NCBI GenBank assembly: GCA_964057225.1
Contig: CAXKVF010000072.1
Coordinates: 372,001 to 436,000, forward strand
Length of the DNA: 64,000 bases
Source: Auanema rhodensis
Taxonomy: Eukaryota > Animalia > Nematoda
Reading direction: 5' to 3'
Shown here: positions 37,857 to 52,112 of the stretch, one piece after another
How positions within the stretch are numbered: the first letter of the stretch is position 1
How the letters are laid out: each line of letters opens with the position of its first letter
Program-made: the position numbers and the translations under genes
Notes under the pieces: generated by a model
Database searches by the model: none
What the model was told of the DNA's origin: nothing
What the model saw: only the letters and a program-made list of their open reading frames with translations

Positions 37857-40672
37857 GCATAAATTAAAGTTCACGTAAATTTCAAAGTCATGGTTACCAT
37901 GCACCAATATCAATAAAAATTTGTTTTTAGACTAATATGGACATGAGGAATCTAATTTTGAAAACCGCATCTCTTTATCTTTCACGTGAAGCGAGTTACA
38001 TACCGAGTGCACATCACGTGTACATTTAATTAGCATAAATTAAAGTTCACGTAAATTTCAAAGTCATGGTTACCATGCACCAATATCAATCAAAATTTGT
38101 TTTTAGACTAATATGGACATGGGGAATCTAATTTTGAAAACCGCATCTCTTCATCTTTCACATGAAGCGAGTTACATACCAAGTGCACATCACGTGTACA
38201 TTTAATTAGCATAAATTAAAGTTCACGTAAATTTCAAAGTCATGGTTACCATGCACCAATATCAATAAAAATTTGTTTTTAGACTAATATGGACATGGGG
38301 AATCTAATTTTGAAAACCGCATCTCTTTATCTTTCACGTGAAGCGAGTTACATACCAAGTGCACATCACGTGTACATTTAATTAGCATAAATTAAAGTTC
38401 ACGTAAATTTCAAAGTCATGGTTACCATGCACCAATATCAATAAAAATTTGTTTTTAGACTAATATGGACATGAGGAATCTAATTTTGAATACCGCATCT
38501 CTTTATCTTTCACGTGAAGCGAGTTACATACCGAGTGCACATCACGTGTACATTTAATTAGCATAAATTAAAGTTCACGTAAATTTCAAAGTCATGGTTA
38601 CCATGCACCAATATCAATAAAAATTTGTTTTTAGACTAATATGGACATGGGGAATCTAATTTTGAAAACCGCATCTCTTCATCTTTCACGTGAAGCGAGT
38701 TACATACCAAGTGCACATCACGTGTAAATTTAATTAGCATAAATTAAAGTTCACGAAAATTTCAAAGTCATGGTTACCATGAACCAATATCAATAAAAAT
38801 TTGTTTTTAGACTAATATGGACATGGGTAATCTAATTTTGAAAACCGCATCTCTTTATCTTTCACGTGAAGCGAGTTACATACCAAGTGCACATCACGTG
38901 TACATTTAATTAGCATAAATTAAAGTTCACGTAAATTTCAAAGTCATGGTTACCATGCACCAATATCAATAAAAATTTGTTTTTAGACTAATATGGACAT
39001 GGGGAATCTAATTTTGAAAACCGCATCTCTTCATCTTTCACGTGAAGCGAGTTACATACCAAGTGCACATCACGTGTACATTTAATTAGCATAAATTAAA
39101 GTTCACGTAAATTTCAAAGTCATGGTTACCATGAACCAATATCAATAAAAATTTGTTTTTAGACTAATATGGACATGGGGAATCTAATTTTGAAAACCGC
39201 ATCTCTTTATCTTTCACGTGAAGCGAGTTACATACCAAGTGCACATCACGTGTACATTTAATTAGCATAAATTAAAGTTCACGTAAATTTCAAAGTCATG
39301 GTTACCATGCACCAATATCAATAAAAATTTGTTTTTAGACTAATATGGACATGAGGAATCTAATTTTGAAAACCGCATCTCTTTATCTTTCACGTGAAGC
39401 GAGTTACATACCGAGTGCACATCACGTGTACATTTAATTAGCATAAATTAAAGTTCACGTAAATTTCAAAGTCATGGTTACCATGCACCAATATCAATCA
39501 AAATTTGTTTTTAGACTAATATGGACATGGGGAATCTAATTTTGAAAACCGCATCTCTTCATCTTTCACATGAAGCGAGTTACATACCAAGTGCACATCA
39601 CGTGTACATTTAATTAGCATAAATTAAAGTTCACGTAAATTTCAAAGTCATGGTTACCATGCACCAATATCAATAAAAATTTGTTTTTAGACTAATATGG
39701 ACATGGGGAATCTAATTTTGAAAACCGCATCTCTTTATCTTTCACGTGAAGCGAGTTACATACCAAGTGCACATCACGTGTACATTTAATTAGCATAAAT
39801 TAAAGTTCACGTAAATTTCAAAGTCATGGTTACCATGCACCAATATCAATAAAAATTTGTTTTTAGACTAATATGGACATGAGGAATCTAATTTTGAATA
39901 CCGCATCTCTTTATCTTTCACGTGAAGCGAGTTACATACCGAGTGCACATCACGTGTACATTTAATTAGCATAAATTAAAGTTCACGTAAATTTCAAAGT
40001 CATGGTTACCATGCACCAATATCAATAAAAATTTGTTTTTAGACTAATATGGACATGGGGAATCTAATTTTGAAAACCGCATCTCTTCATCTTTCACGTG
40101 AAGCGAGTTACATACCAAGTGCACATCACGTGTAAATTTAATTAGCATAAATTAAAGTTCACGAAAATTTCAAAGTCATGGTTACCATGAACCAATATCA
40201 ATAAAAATTTGTTTTTAGACTAATATGGACATGGGTAATCTAATTTTGAAAACCGCATCTCTTTATCTTTCACGTGAAGCGAGTTACATACCAAGTGCAC
40301 ATCACGTGTACATTTAATTAGCATAAATTAAAGTTCACGTAAATTTCAAAGTCATGGTTACCATGCACCAATATCAATAAAAATTTGTTTTTAGACTAAT
40401 ATGGACATGGGGAATCTAATTTTGAAAACCGCATCTCTTCATCTTTCACGTGAAGCGAGTTACATACCAAGTGCACATCACGTGTACATTTAATTAGCAT
40501 AAATTAAAGTTCACGTAAATTTCAAAGTCATGGTTACCATGAACCAATATCAATAAAAATTTGTTTTTAGACTAATATGGACATGGGGAATCTAATTTTG
40601 AAAACCGCATCTCTTTATCTTTCACGTGAAGCGAGTTACATACCAAGTGCACATCACGTGTACATTTAATTA
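37857..40672 (+). repeat. Tandem 8-mer higher-order duplication (2 x 1408 bp: 37857-39264, 39265-40672)
   Basis: Rare variants repeat at exactly +1408: G90A+A149G; A59C+T120C+G130A; G90A+A107T+A149G; T120C+C167A; T20A+C46A+G92T; T120C; C46A. Confidence 0.92.
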
Positions 40673-42256
40673 GCATAAATTAAAGTTCACGTAAATTTCA
40701 AAGTCATGGTTACCATGCACCAATATCAATAAAAATTTGTTTTCAGACTAATATGGACATGGGGAATCTAATTTTGAAAACCGCATCTCTTTATCTTTCA
40801 CGTGAAGCGAGTTACATACCAAGTGCACATCACGTGTACATTTAATTAGCATAAATTAAAGTTCACGTAAATTTCAAAGTCATGGTTACCATGCACCAAT
40901 ATCAATAAAAATTTGTTTTTAGACTAATATGGACATGGGGAATCTAATTTTGAAAACCGCATCTCTTTATCTTTCACGTGAAGCGAGTTACATACCAAGT
41001 GCACATCACGTGTACATTTAATTAGCATAAATTAAAGTTCACGTAAATTTCAAAGTCATGGTTACCATGAAGCAATATCAATAAAAATTTGTTTTTAGAC
41101 TAATATGGACATGGGGAATCTAATTTTGAAAACCGCATCTCTTTATCTTTCACGTGAAGCGAGTTACATACCAAGTGCACATCACGTGTACATTTAATTA
41201 GCATAAATTAAAGTTCACGTAAATTTCAAAGTCATGGTTACCATGAAGCAATATCAATAAAAATTTGTTTTTAGACTAATATGGACATGGGGAATCTAAT
41301 TTTGAAAACCGCATCTCTTTATCTTTCACGTGAAGCGAGTTACATACCAAGTGCACATCACGTGTACATTTAATTAGCATAAATTAAAGTTCACGTAAAT
41401 TTCAAAGTCATGGTTACCATGCACCAATATCAATAAAAATTTGTTTTTAGACTAATATGGACATGGGGAATCTAATTTTGAAAACCGCATCTCTTTATCT
41501 TTCACGTGAAGCGAGTTACATACCAAGTGCACATCACGTGTACATTTAAATAGCATAAATTAAAGTTCACGTAAATTTCAAAGTCATGGTTACCATGAAG
41601 CAATATCAATAAAAATTTGTTTTTAGACTAATATGGACATGGGGAATCTAATTTTGAAAACCGCATCTCTTTATCTTTCACGTGAAGCGAGTTACATACC
41701 AAGTGCACATCACGTGTACATTTAATTAGCATAAATTAAAGTTCACGTAAATTTCAAAGTCATGGTTACCATGAACCAATATCAATAAAAATTTGTTTTT
41801 AGACTAATATGGACATGGGGAATCTAAGTTTGAAAACCGCATCTCTTTATCTTTCACGTGAAGCGAGTTACATACCAAGTGCACATCACGTGTACATTTA
41901 ATTAGCATAAATTAAAGTTCACGTAAATTTCAAAGTCATGGTTACCATGCACCAATATCAATAAAAATTTGTTTTTAGACTAATATGGACATGGGGAATC
42001 TAATTTTGAAAACCGCATCTCTTTATCTTTCACGTGAAGCGAGTTACATACCAAGTGCACATCACGTGTACATTTAATTAGCATAAATTAAAGTTCACGT
42101 AAATTTCAAAGTCATGGTTACCATGAACCAATATCAATAAAAATTTGTTTTTAGACTAATATGGACAAGGGGAATCTAATTTTGAAAACCGCATCTCTTT
42201 ATCTTTCACGTGAAGCGAGTTACATACCAAGTGCACATCACGTGTACATTTAATTA

Positions 42257-45200
42257 GCATAAATTAAAGTTCACGTAAATTTCAAAGTCATGGTTACCAT
42301 GCACCAATATCAATAAAAATTTGTTTTTAGACTAATATGGACATGGGGAATCTAATTTTGAAAACCGCATCTCTTTATCTTTCACGTGAAGCGAGTTACA
42401 TACCAAGTGCACATCACGTGTACATTTAATTAGCATAAATTAAAGTTCACGTAAATTTCAAAGTCATGGTTACCATGCACCAATATCAATAAAAATTTGT
42501 TTTTAGACTAATATGGACATGGGGAATTTAATTTTGAAAACCGCATCTCTTTATCTTTCACGTGAAGCGAGTTACATACCAAGTGCACATCACGTGTACA
42601 TTTAATTAGCATAAATTAAAGTTCACGTAAATTTCAAAGTCATGGTTACCATGCACCAATATCAATAAAAATTTGTTTTTAGACTAATATGGACATGGGG
42701 AATCTAATTTTGAAAACCGCATCTCTTTATCTTTCACGTGAAGCGAGTTACATACCAAGTGCACATCACGTGTACATTTAATTAGCATAAATTAAAGTTC
42801 ACGTAAATTTCAAAGTCATGGTTACCATGCACCAGTATCAATAAAAATTTGTTTTTAGACTAATATGGACATAGGGAATCTAATTTTGAAAACCGCATCT
42901 CTTTATCTTTCACGTGAAGCGAGTTACATACCAAGTGCACATCACGTGTACATTTAATTAGCATAAATTAAAGTTCACGTAAATTTCAAAGTCATGGTTA
43001 CCATGCACCAATATCAATAAAAATTTGTTTTTAGACTAATATGGACATGGGGAATCTAATTTTGAAAACCGCATCTCTTTATCTTTCACGTGAAGCGAGT
43101 TACATACCAAGTGCACATCACGTGTACATTTAATTAGCATAAATTAAAGTTCACGTAAATTTCAAAGTCATGGTTACCATGCACCAATATCAATAAAAAT
43201 TTGTTTTTAGACTAATATGGACATGGGGAATCTAATTTTGAAAACCGCATCTCTTTATCTTTCACGTGAAGCGAGTTACATACCAAGTGCACATCACGTG
43301 TACATTTAACTAGCATAAATTAAAGTTCACGTAAATTTCAAAGTCATGGTTACCATGAAGCAATATCAATAAAAATTTGTTTTTAGACTAATATGGACAT
43401 GGGGAATCTAATTTTGAAAACCGCATCTCTTTATCTTTCACGTGAAGCGAGTTACATACCAAGTGCACATCACGTGTACATTTAATTAGCATAAATTAAA
43501 GTTCACGTAAATTTCAAAGTCATGGTTACCATGAAGCAATATCAATAAAAATTTGTTTTTAGACTAATATGGACATGGGGAATCTAATTTTGAAAACCGC
43601 ATCTCTTTATCTTTCACGTGAAGCGAGTTACATACCAAGTGCACATCACGTGTACATTTAATTAGCATAAATTAAAGTTCACGTAAATTTCAAAGTCATG
43701 GTTACCATGAACCAATATCAATAAAAATTTGTTTTTAGACTAATATGGACATGGGGAATCTAAGTTTGAAAACCGCATCTCTTTATCTTTCACGTGAAGC
43801 GAGTTACATACCAAGTGCACATCACGTGTACATTTAATTAGCATAAATTAAAGTTCACGTAAATTTCAAAGTCATGGTTACCATGCACCAATATCAATAA
43901 AAATTTGTTTTTAGACTAATATGGACATGGGGAATCTAATTTTGAAAACCGCATCTCTTTATCTTTCACGTGAAGCGAGTTACATACCAAGTGCACATCA
44001 CGTGTACATTTAATTAGCATAAATTAAAGTTCACGTAAATTTCAAAGTCATGGTTACCATGCACCAATATCAATAAAAATTTGTTTTTAGACTAATATGG
44101 ACATGGGGAATCTAATTTTGAAAACCGCATCTCTTTATCTTTCACGTGAAGCGAGTTACATACCAAGTGCACATCACGTGTACATTTAATTAGCATAAAT
44201 TAAAGTTCACGTAAATTTCAAAGTCATGGTTACCATGCACCAGTATCAATAAAAATTTGTTTTTAGACTAATATGGACATAGGGAATCTAATTTTGAAAA
44301 CCGCATCTCTTTATCTTTCACGTGAAGCGAGTTACATACCAAGTGCACATCACGTGTACATTTAATTAGCATAAATTAAAGTTCACGTAAATTTCAAAGT
44401 CATGGTTACCATGCACCAATATCAATAAAAATTTGTTTTTAGACTAATATGGACATGGGGAATCTAATTTTGAAAACCGCATCTCTTTATCTTTCACGTG
44501 AAGCGAGTAACATACCAAGTGCACATCACGTGTACATTTAATTAGCATAAATTAAAGTTCACGTAAATTTCAAAGTCATGGTTACCATGCACCAATATCA
44601 ATAAAAATTTGTTTTTAGACTAATATGGACATGGGGAATCTAATTTTGAAAACCGCATCTCTTTATCTTTCACGTGAAGCGAGTTACATGCCAAGTGCAC
44701 ATCACGTGTACATTTAATTAGCATAAATTAAAGTTCACGTAAATTTCAAAGTCATGGTTACCATGCACCAATATCAATAAAAATTTGTTTTTAGACTAAT
44801 ATGGACATGGGGAATCTAATTTTGAAAACCGCATCTCTTTATCTTTCACGTGAAGCGAGTTACATACCAAGTGCACATCACGTGTACATTTAATTAGCAT
44901 AAATTAAAGTTCACGTAAATTTCAAAGTCATGGTTACCACGCACCAATATCAATAAAAATTTGTTTTTAGACTAATATGGACATGGGGAATCTAATTTTG
45001 AAAACCGCATCTCTTTATCTTTCACGTGAAGCGAGTTACATACCAAGTGCACATCACGTGTACATTTAATTAGCATAAATTAAAGTTCACGTAAATTTCA
45101 AAGTCATGGTTACCATGCACCAATATCAATAAAAATTTGTTTTTAGACTAATATGGACATGGGGAATCTAATTTTGAAAACCGCATCTCTTTATCTTTCA

Positions 45201-48200
45201 CGTGAAGCGAGTTACATACCAAGTGCACATCACGTGTACATTTAATTAGCATAAATTAAAGTTCACGTAAATTTCAAAGTCATGGTTACCATGCACCAAT
45301 ATCAATAAAAATTTGTTTTTAGACTAATATGGACATGGGGAATCTAATTTTGAAAACCGCATCTCTTTATCTTTCACGTGAAGCGAGTTACATACCAAGT
45401 GCACATCACGTGTACATTTAATTAGCATAAATTAAAGTTCACGTAAATTTCAAAGTCATGGTTACCATGCACCAATATCAATAAAAATTTGTTTTTAGAC
45501 TAATATGGACATGGGGAATCTAATTTTGAAAACCGCATCTCTTTATCTTTCACGTGAAGCGAGTTACATACCAAGTGCACATCACGTGTACATTTAATTA
45601 GCATAAATTAAAGTTCACGTAAATTTCAAAGTCATGGTTACCATGCACCAATATCAATAAAAATTTGTTTTTAGACTAATATGGACATGGGGAATCTAAT
45701 TTTGAAAACCGCATCTCTTTATCTTTCACGTGAAGCGAGTTACATACCAAGTGCACATCACGTGTACATTTAATTAGCATAAATTAAAGTTCACGTAAAT
45801 TTCAAAGTCATGGTTACCATGCACCAATATCAATAAAAATTTGTTTTTAGACTAATATGGACATGAGGAATCTAATTTTGAAAACCGCATCTCTTTATCT
45901 TTCACGTGAAGCGAGTTACATACCGAGTGCACATCACGTGTACATTTAATTAGCATAAATTAAAGTTCACGTAAATTTCAAAGTCATGGTTACCATGCAC
46001 CAATATCAATAAAAATTTGTTTTTAGACTAATATGGACATGGGGAATCTAATTTTGAAAACCGCATCTCTTCATCTTTCACGTGAAGCGAGTTACATACC
46101 AAGTGCACATCACGTGTAAATTTAATTAGCATAAATTAAAGTTCACGAAAATTTCAAAGTCATGGTTACCATGAACCAATATCAATAAAAATTTGTTTTT
46201 AGACTAATATGGACATGGGTAATCTAATTTTGAAAACCGCATCTCTTTATCTTTCACGTGAAGCGAGTTACATACCAAGTGCACATCACGTGTACATTTA
46301 ATTAGCATAAATTAAAGTTCACGTAAATTTCAAAGTCATGGTTACCATGCACCAATATCAATAAAAATTTGTTTTTAGACTAATATGGACATGGGGAATC
46401 TAATTTTGAAAACCGCATCTCTTTATCTTTCACGTGAAGCGAGTTACATACCAAGTGCACATCACGTGTACATTTAATTAGCATAAATTAAAGTTCACGT
46501 AAATTTCAAAGTCATGGTTACCATGAAGCAATATCAATAAAAATTTGTTTTTAGACTAATATGGACATGGGGAATCTAATTTTGAAAACCGCATCTCTTT
46601 ATCTTTCACGTGAAGCGAGTTACATACCAAGTGCACATCACGTGTACATTTAATTAGCATAAATTAAAGTTCACGTAAATTTCAAAGTCATGGTTACCAT
46701 GCACCAATATCAATAAAAATTTGTTTTTAGACTAATATGGACATGGGGAATCTAATTTTGAAAACCGCATCTCTTTATCTTTCACGTGAAGCGAGTTACA
46801 TACCAAGTGCACATCACGTGTACATTTAATTAGCATAAATTAAAGTTCACGTAAATTTCAAAGTCATGGTTACCATGCACCAATATCAATAAAAATTTGT
46901 TTTTAGACTAATATGGATATGGGGAATCTAATTTTGAAAACCGCATCTCTTTATCTTTCACGTGAAGCGAGTTACATACCAAGTGCACATCACGTGTACA
47001 TTTAATTAGCATAAATTAAAGTTCACGTAAATTTCAAAGTCATGGTTACCATGCACCAATATCAATAAAAATTTGTTTTTAGACTAATATGGACATGGGT
47101 AATCTAATTTTGAAAACCGCATCTCTTTATCTTTCACGTGAAGCGAGTTACATACCAAGTGCACATCACGTGTACATTTAATTAGCATAAATTAAAGTTC
47201 ACGTAAATTTCAAAGTCATGGTTACCATGCACCAATATCAATAAAAATTTGTTTTTAGACTAATATGGACATGGGGAATCTAATTTTGAAAACCGCATCT
47301 CTTTATCTTTCACGTGAAGCGAGTTACATACCAAGTGCACATCACGTGTACATTTAATTAGCATAAATTAAAGTTCACGTAAATTTCAAAGTCATGGTTA
47401 CCATGCACCAATATCAATAAAAATTTGTTTTTAGACTAATATGGACATGGGGAATTTAATTTTGAAAACCGCATCTCTTTATCTTTCACGTGAAGCGAGT
47501 TACATACCAAGTGCACATCACGTGTACATTTAATTAGCATAAATTAAAGTTCACGTAAATTTCAAAGTCATGGTTACCATGCACCAATATCAATAAAAAT
47601 TTGTTTTTAGACTAATATGGACATGGGGAATCTAATTTTGAAAACCGCATCTCTTTATCTTTCACGTGAAGCGAGTTACATACCAAGTGCACATCACGTG
47701 TACATTTAATTAGCATAAATTAAAGTTCACGTAAATTTCAAAGTCATGGTTACCATGCACCAGTATCAATAAAAATTTGTTTTTAGACTAATATGGACAT
47801 AGGGAATCTAATTTTGAAAACCGCATCTCTTTATCTTTCACGTGAAGCGAGTTACATACCAAGTGCACATCACGTGTACATTTAATTAGCATAAATTAAA
47901 GTTCACGTAAATTTCAAAGTCATGGTTACCATGCACCAATATCAATAAAAATTTGTTTTTAGACTAATATGGACATGGGGAATCTAATTTTGAAAACCGC
48001 ATCTCTTTATCTTTCACGTGAAGCGAGTTACATACCAAGTGCACATCACGTGTACATTTAATTAGCATAAATTAAAGTTCACGTAAATTTCAAAGTCATG
48101 GTTACCATGCACCAATATCAATAAAAATTTGTTTTTAGACTAATATGGACATGGGGAATCTAATTTTGAAAACCGCATCTCTTTATCTTTCACGTGAAGC

Positions 48201-51200
48201 GAGTTACATACCAAGTGCACATCACGTGTACATTTAACTAGCATAAATTAAAGTTCACGTAAATTTCAAAGTCATGGTTACCATGAAGCAATATCAATAA
48301 AAATTTGTTTTTAGACTAATATGGACATGGGGAATCTAATTTTGAAAACCGCATCTCTTTATCTTTCACGTGAAGCGAGTTACATACCAAGTGCACATCA
48401 CGTGTACATTTAATTAGCATAAATTAAAGTTCACGTAAATTTCAAAGTCATGGTTACCATGAAGCAATATCAATAAAAATTTGTTTTTAGACTAATATGG
48501 ACATGGGGAATCTAATTTTGAAAACCGCATCTCTTTATCTTTCACGTGAAGCGAGTTACATACCAAGTGCACATCACGTGTACATTTAATTAGCATAAAT
48601 TAAAGTTCACGTAAATTTCAAAGTCATGGTTACCATGAACCAATATCAATAAAAATTTGTTTTTAGACTAATATGGACATGGGGAATCTAAGTTTGAAAA
48701 CCGCATCTCTTTATCTTTCACGTGAAGCGAGTTACATACCAAGTGCACATCACGTGTACATTTAATTAGCATAAATTAAAGTTCACGTAAATTTCAAAGT
48801 CATGGTTACCATGCACCAATATCAATAAAAATTTGTTTTTAGACTAATATGGACATGGGGAATCTAATTTTGAAAACCGCATCTCTTTATCTTTCACGTG
48901 AAGCGAGTTACATACCAAGTGCACATCACGTGTACATTTAATTAGCATAAATTAAAGTTCACGTAAATTTCAAAGTCATGGTTACCATGCACCAATATCA
49001 ATAAAAATTTGTTTTTAGACTAATATGGACATGGGGAATCTAATTTTGAAAACCGCATCTCTTTATCTTTCACGTGAAGCGAGTTACATACCAAGTGCAC
49101 ATCACGTGTACATTTAATTAGCATAAATTAAAGTTCACGTAAATTTCAAAGTCATGGTTACCATGCACCAGTATCAATAAAAATTTGTTTTTAGACTAAT
49201 ATGGACATAGGGAATCTAATTTTGAAAACCGCATCTCTTTATCTTTCACGTGAAGCGAGTTACATACCAAGTGCACATCACGTGTACATTTAATTAGCAT
49301 AAATTAAAGTTCACGTAAATTTCAAAGTCATGGTTACCATGCACCAATATCAATAAAAATTTGTTTTTAGACTAATATGGACATGGGGAATCTAATTTTG
49401 AAAACCGCATCTCTTTATCTTTCACGTGAAGCGAGTAACATACCAAGTGCACATCACGTGTACATTTAATTAGCATAAATTAAAGTTCACGTAAATTTCA
49501 AAGTCATGGTTACCATGCACCAATATCAATAAAAATTTGTTTTTAGACTAATATGGACATGTGGAATCTAATTTTGAAAACCGCATCTCTTTATCTTTCA
49601 CGTGAAGCGAGTTACATGCCAAGTGCACATCACGTGTACATTTAATTAGCATAAATTAAAGTTCACGTAAATTTCAAAGTCATGGTTACCATGCACCAAT
49701 ATCAATAAAAATTTGTTTTTAGACTAATATGGACATGGGGAATCTAATTTTGAAAACCGCATCTCTTTATCTTTCACGTGAAGCGAGTTACATACCAAGT
49801 GCACATCACGTGTACATTTAATTAGCATAAATTAAAGTTCACGTAAATTTCAAAGTCATGGTTACCACGCACCAATATCAATAAAAATTTGTTTTTAGAC
49901 TAATATGGACATGGGGAATCTAATTTTGAAAACCGCATCTCTTTATCTTTCACGTGAAGCGAGTTACATACCAAGTGCACATCACGTGTACATTTAATTA
50001 GCATAAATTAAAGTTCACGTAAATTTCAAAGTCATGGTTACCATGCACCAATATCAATAAAAATTTGTTTTTAGACTAATATGGACATGGGGAATCTAAT
50101 TTTGAAAACCGCATCTCTTTATCTTTCACGTGAAGCGAGTTACATACCAAGTGCACATCACGTGTACATTTAATTAGCATAAATTAAAGTTCACGTAAAT
50201 TTCAAAGTCATGGTTACCATGCACCAATATCAATAAAAATTTGTTTTTAGACTAATATGGACATGGGGAATCTAATTTTGAAAACCGCATCTCTTTATCT
50301 TTCACGTGAAGCGAGTTACATACCAAGTGCACATCACGTGTACATTTAATTAGCATAAATTAAAGTTCACGTAAATTTCAAAGTCATGGTTACCATGCAC
50401 CAATATCAATAAAAATTTGTTTTTAGACTAATATGGACATGGGGAATCTAATTTTGAAAACCGCATCTCTTTATCTTTCACGTGAAGCGAGTTACATACC
50501 AAGTGCACATCACGTGTACATTTAATTAGCATAAATTAAAGTTCACGTAAATTTCAAAGTCATGGTTACCATGCACCAATATCAATAAAAATTTGTTTTT
50601 AGACTAATATGGACATGGGGAATCTAATTTTGAAAACCGCATCTCTTTATCTTTCACGTGAAGCGAGTTACATACCAAGTGCACATCACGTGTACATTTA
50701 ATTAGCATAAATTAAAGTTCACGTAAATTTCAAAGTCATGGTTACCATGCACCAATATCAATAAAAATTTGTTTTTAGACTAATATGGACATGAGGAATC
50801 TAATTTTGAAAACCGCATCTCTTTATCTTTCACGTGAAGCGAGTTACATACCGAGTGCACATCACGTGTACATTTAATTAGCATAAATTAAAGTTCACGT
50901 AAATTTCAAAGTCATGGTTACCATGCACCAATATCAATAAAAATTTGTTTTTAGACTAATATGGACATGGGGAATCTAATTTTGAAAACCGCATCTCTTC
51001 ATCTTTCACGTGAAGCGAGTTACATACCAAGTGCACATCACGTGTAAATTTAATTAGCATAAATTAAAGTTCACGAAAATTTCAAAGTCATGGTTACCAT
51101 GAACCAATATCAATAAAAATTTGTTTTTAGACTAATATGGACATGGGTAATCTAATTTTGAAAACCGCATCTCTTTATCTTTCACGTGAAGCGAGTTACA

Positions 51201-52112
51201 TACCAAGTGCACATCACGTGTACATTTAATTAGCATAAATTAAAGTTCACGTAAATTTCAAAGTCATGGTTACCATGCACCAATATCAATAAAAATTTGT
51301 TTTTAGACTAATATGGACATGGGGAATCTAATTTTGAAAACCGCATCTCTTTATCTTTCACGTGAAGCGAGTTACATACCAAGTGCACATCACGTGTACA
51401 TTTAATTAGCATAAATTAAAGTTCACGTAAATTTCAAAGTCATGGTTACCATGAAGCAATATCAATAAAAATTTGTTTTTAGACTAATATGGACATGGGG
51501 AATCTAATTTTGAAAACCGCATCTCTTTATCTTTCACGTGAAGCGAGTTACATACCAAGTGCACATCACGTGTACATTTAATTAGCATAAATTAAAGTTC
51601 ACGTAAATTTCAAAGTCATGGTTACCATGCACCAATATCAATAAAAATTTGTTTTTAGACTAATATGGACATGGGGAATCTAATTTTGAAAACCGCATCT
51701 CTTTATCTTTCACGTGAAGCGAGTTACATACCAAGTGCACATCACGTGTACATTTAATTAGCATAAATTAAAGTTCACGTAAATTTCAAAGTCATGGTTA
51801 CCATGCACCAATATCAATAAAAATTTGTTTTTAGACTAATATGGACATGGGGAATCTAATTTTGAAAACCGCATCTCTTTATCTTTCACGTGAAGCGAGT
51901 TACATACCAAGTGCACATCACGTGTACATTTAATTAGCATAAATTAAAGTTCACGTAAATTTCAAAGTCATGGTTACCATGCACCAATATCAATAAAAAT
52001 TTGTTTTTAGACTAATATGGACATGGGTAATCTAATTTTGAAAACCGCATCTCTTTATCTTTCACGTGAAGCGAGTTACATACCAAGTGCACATCACGTG
52101 TACATTTAATTA
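42257..52112 (+). repeat. Tandem 28-mer higher-order duplication (2 x 4928 bp: 42257-47184, 47185-52112)
   Basis: More than 12 marked monomers recur at +4928. Examples: C96T 42433/47361; A51G+G89A 42785/47713 and 44193/49121; T174C 43137/48065; T141A 44369/49297; A146G 44545/49473; T20A+C46A+G92T 46129/51057; G92T 47009/51937. Confidence 0.92.
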
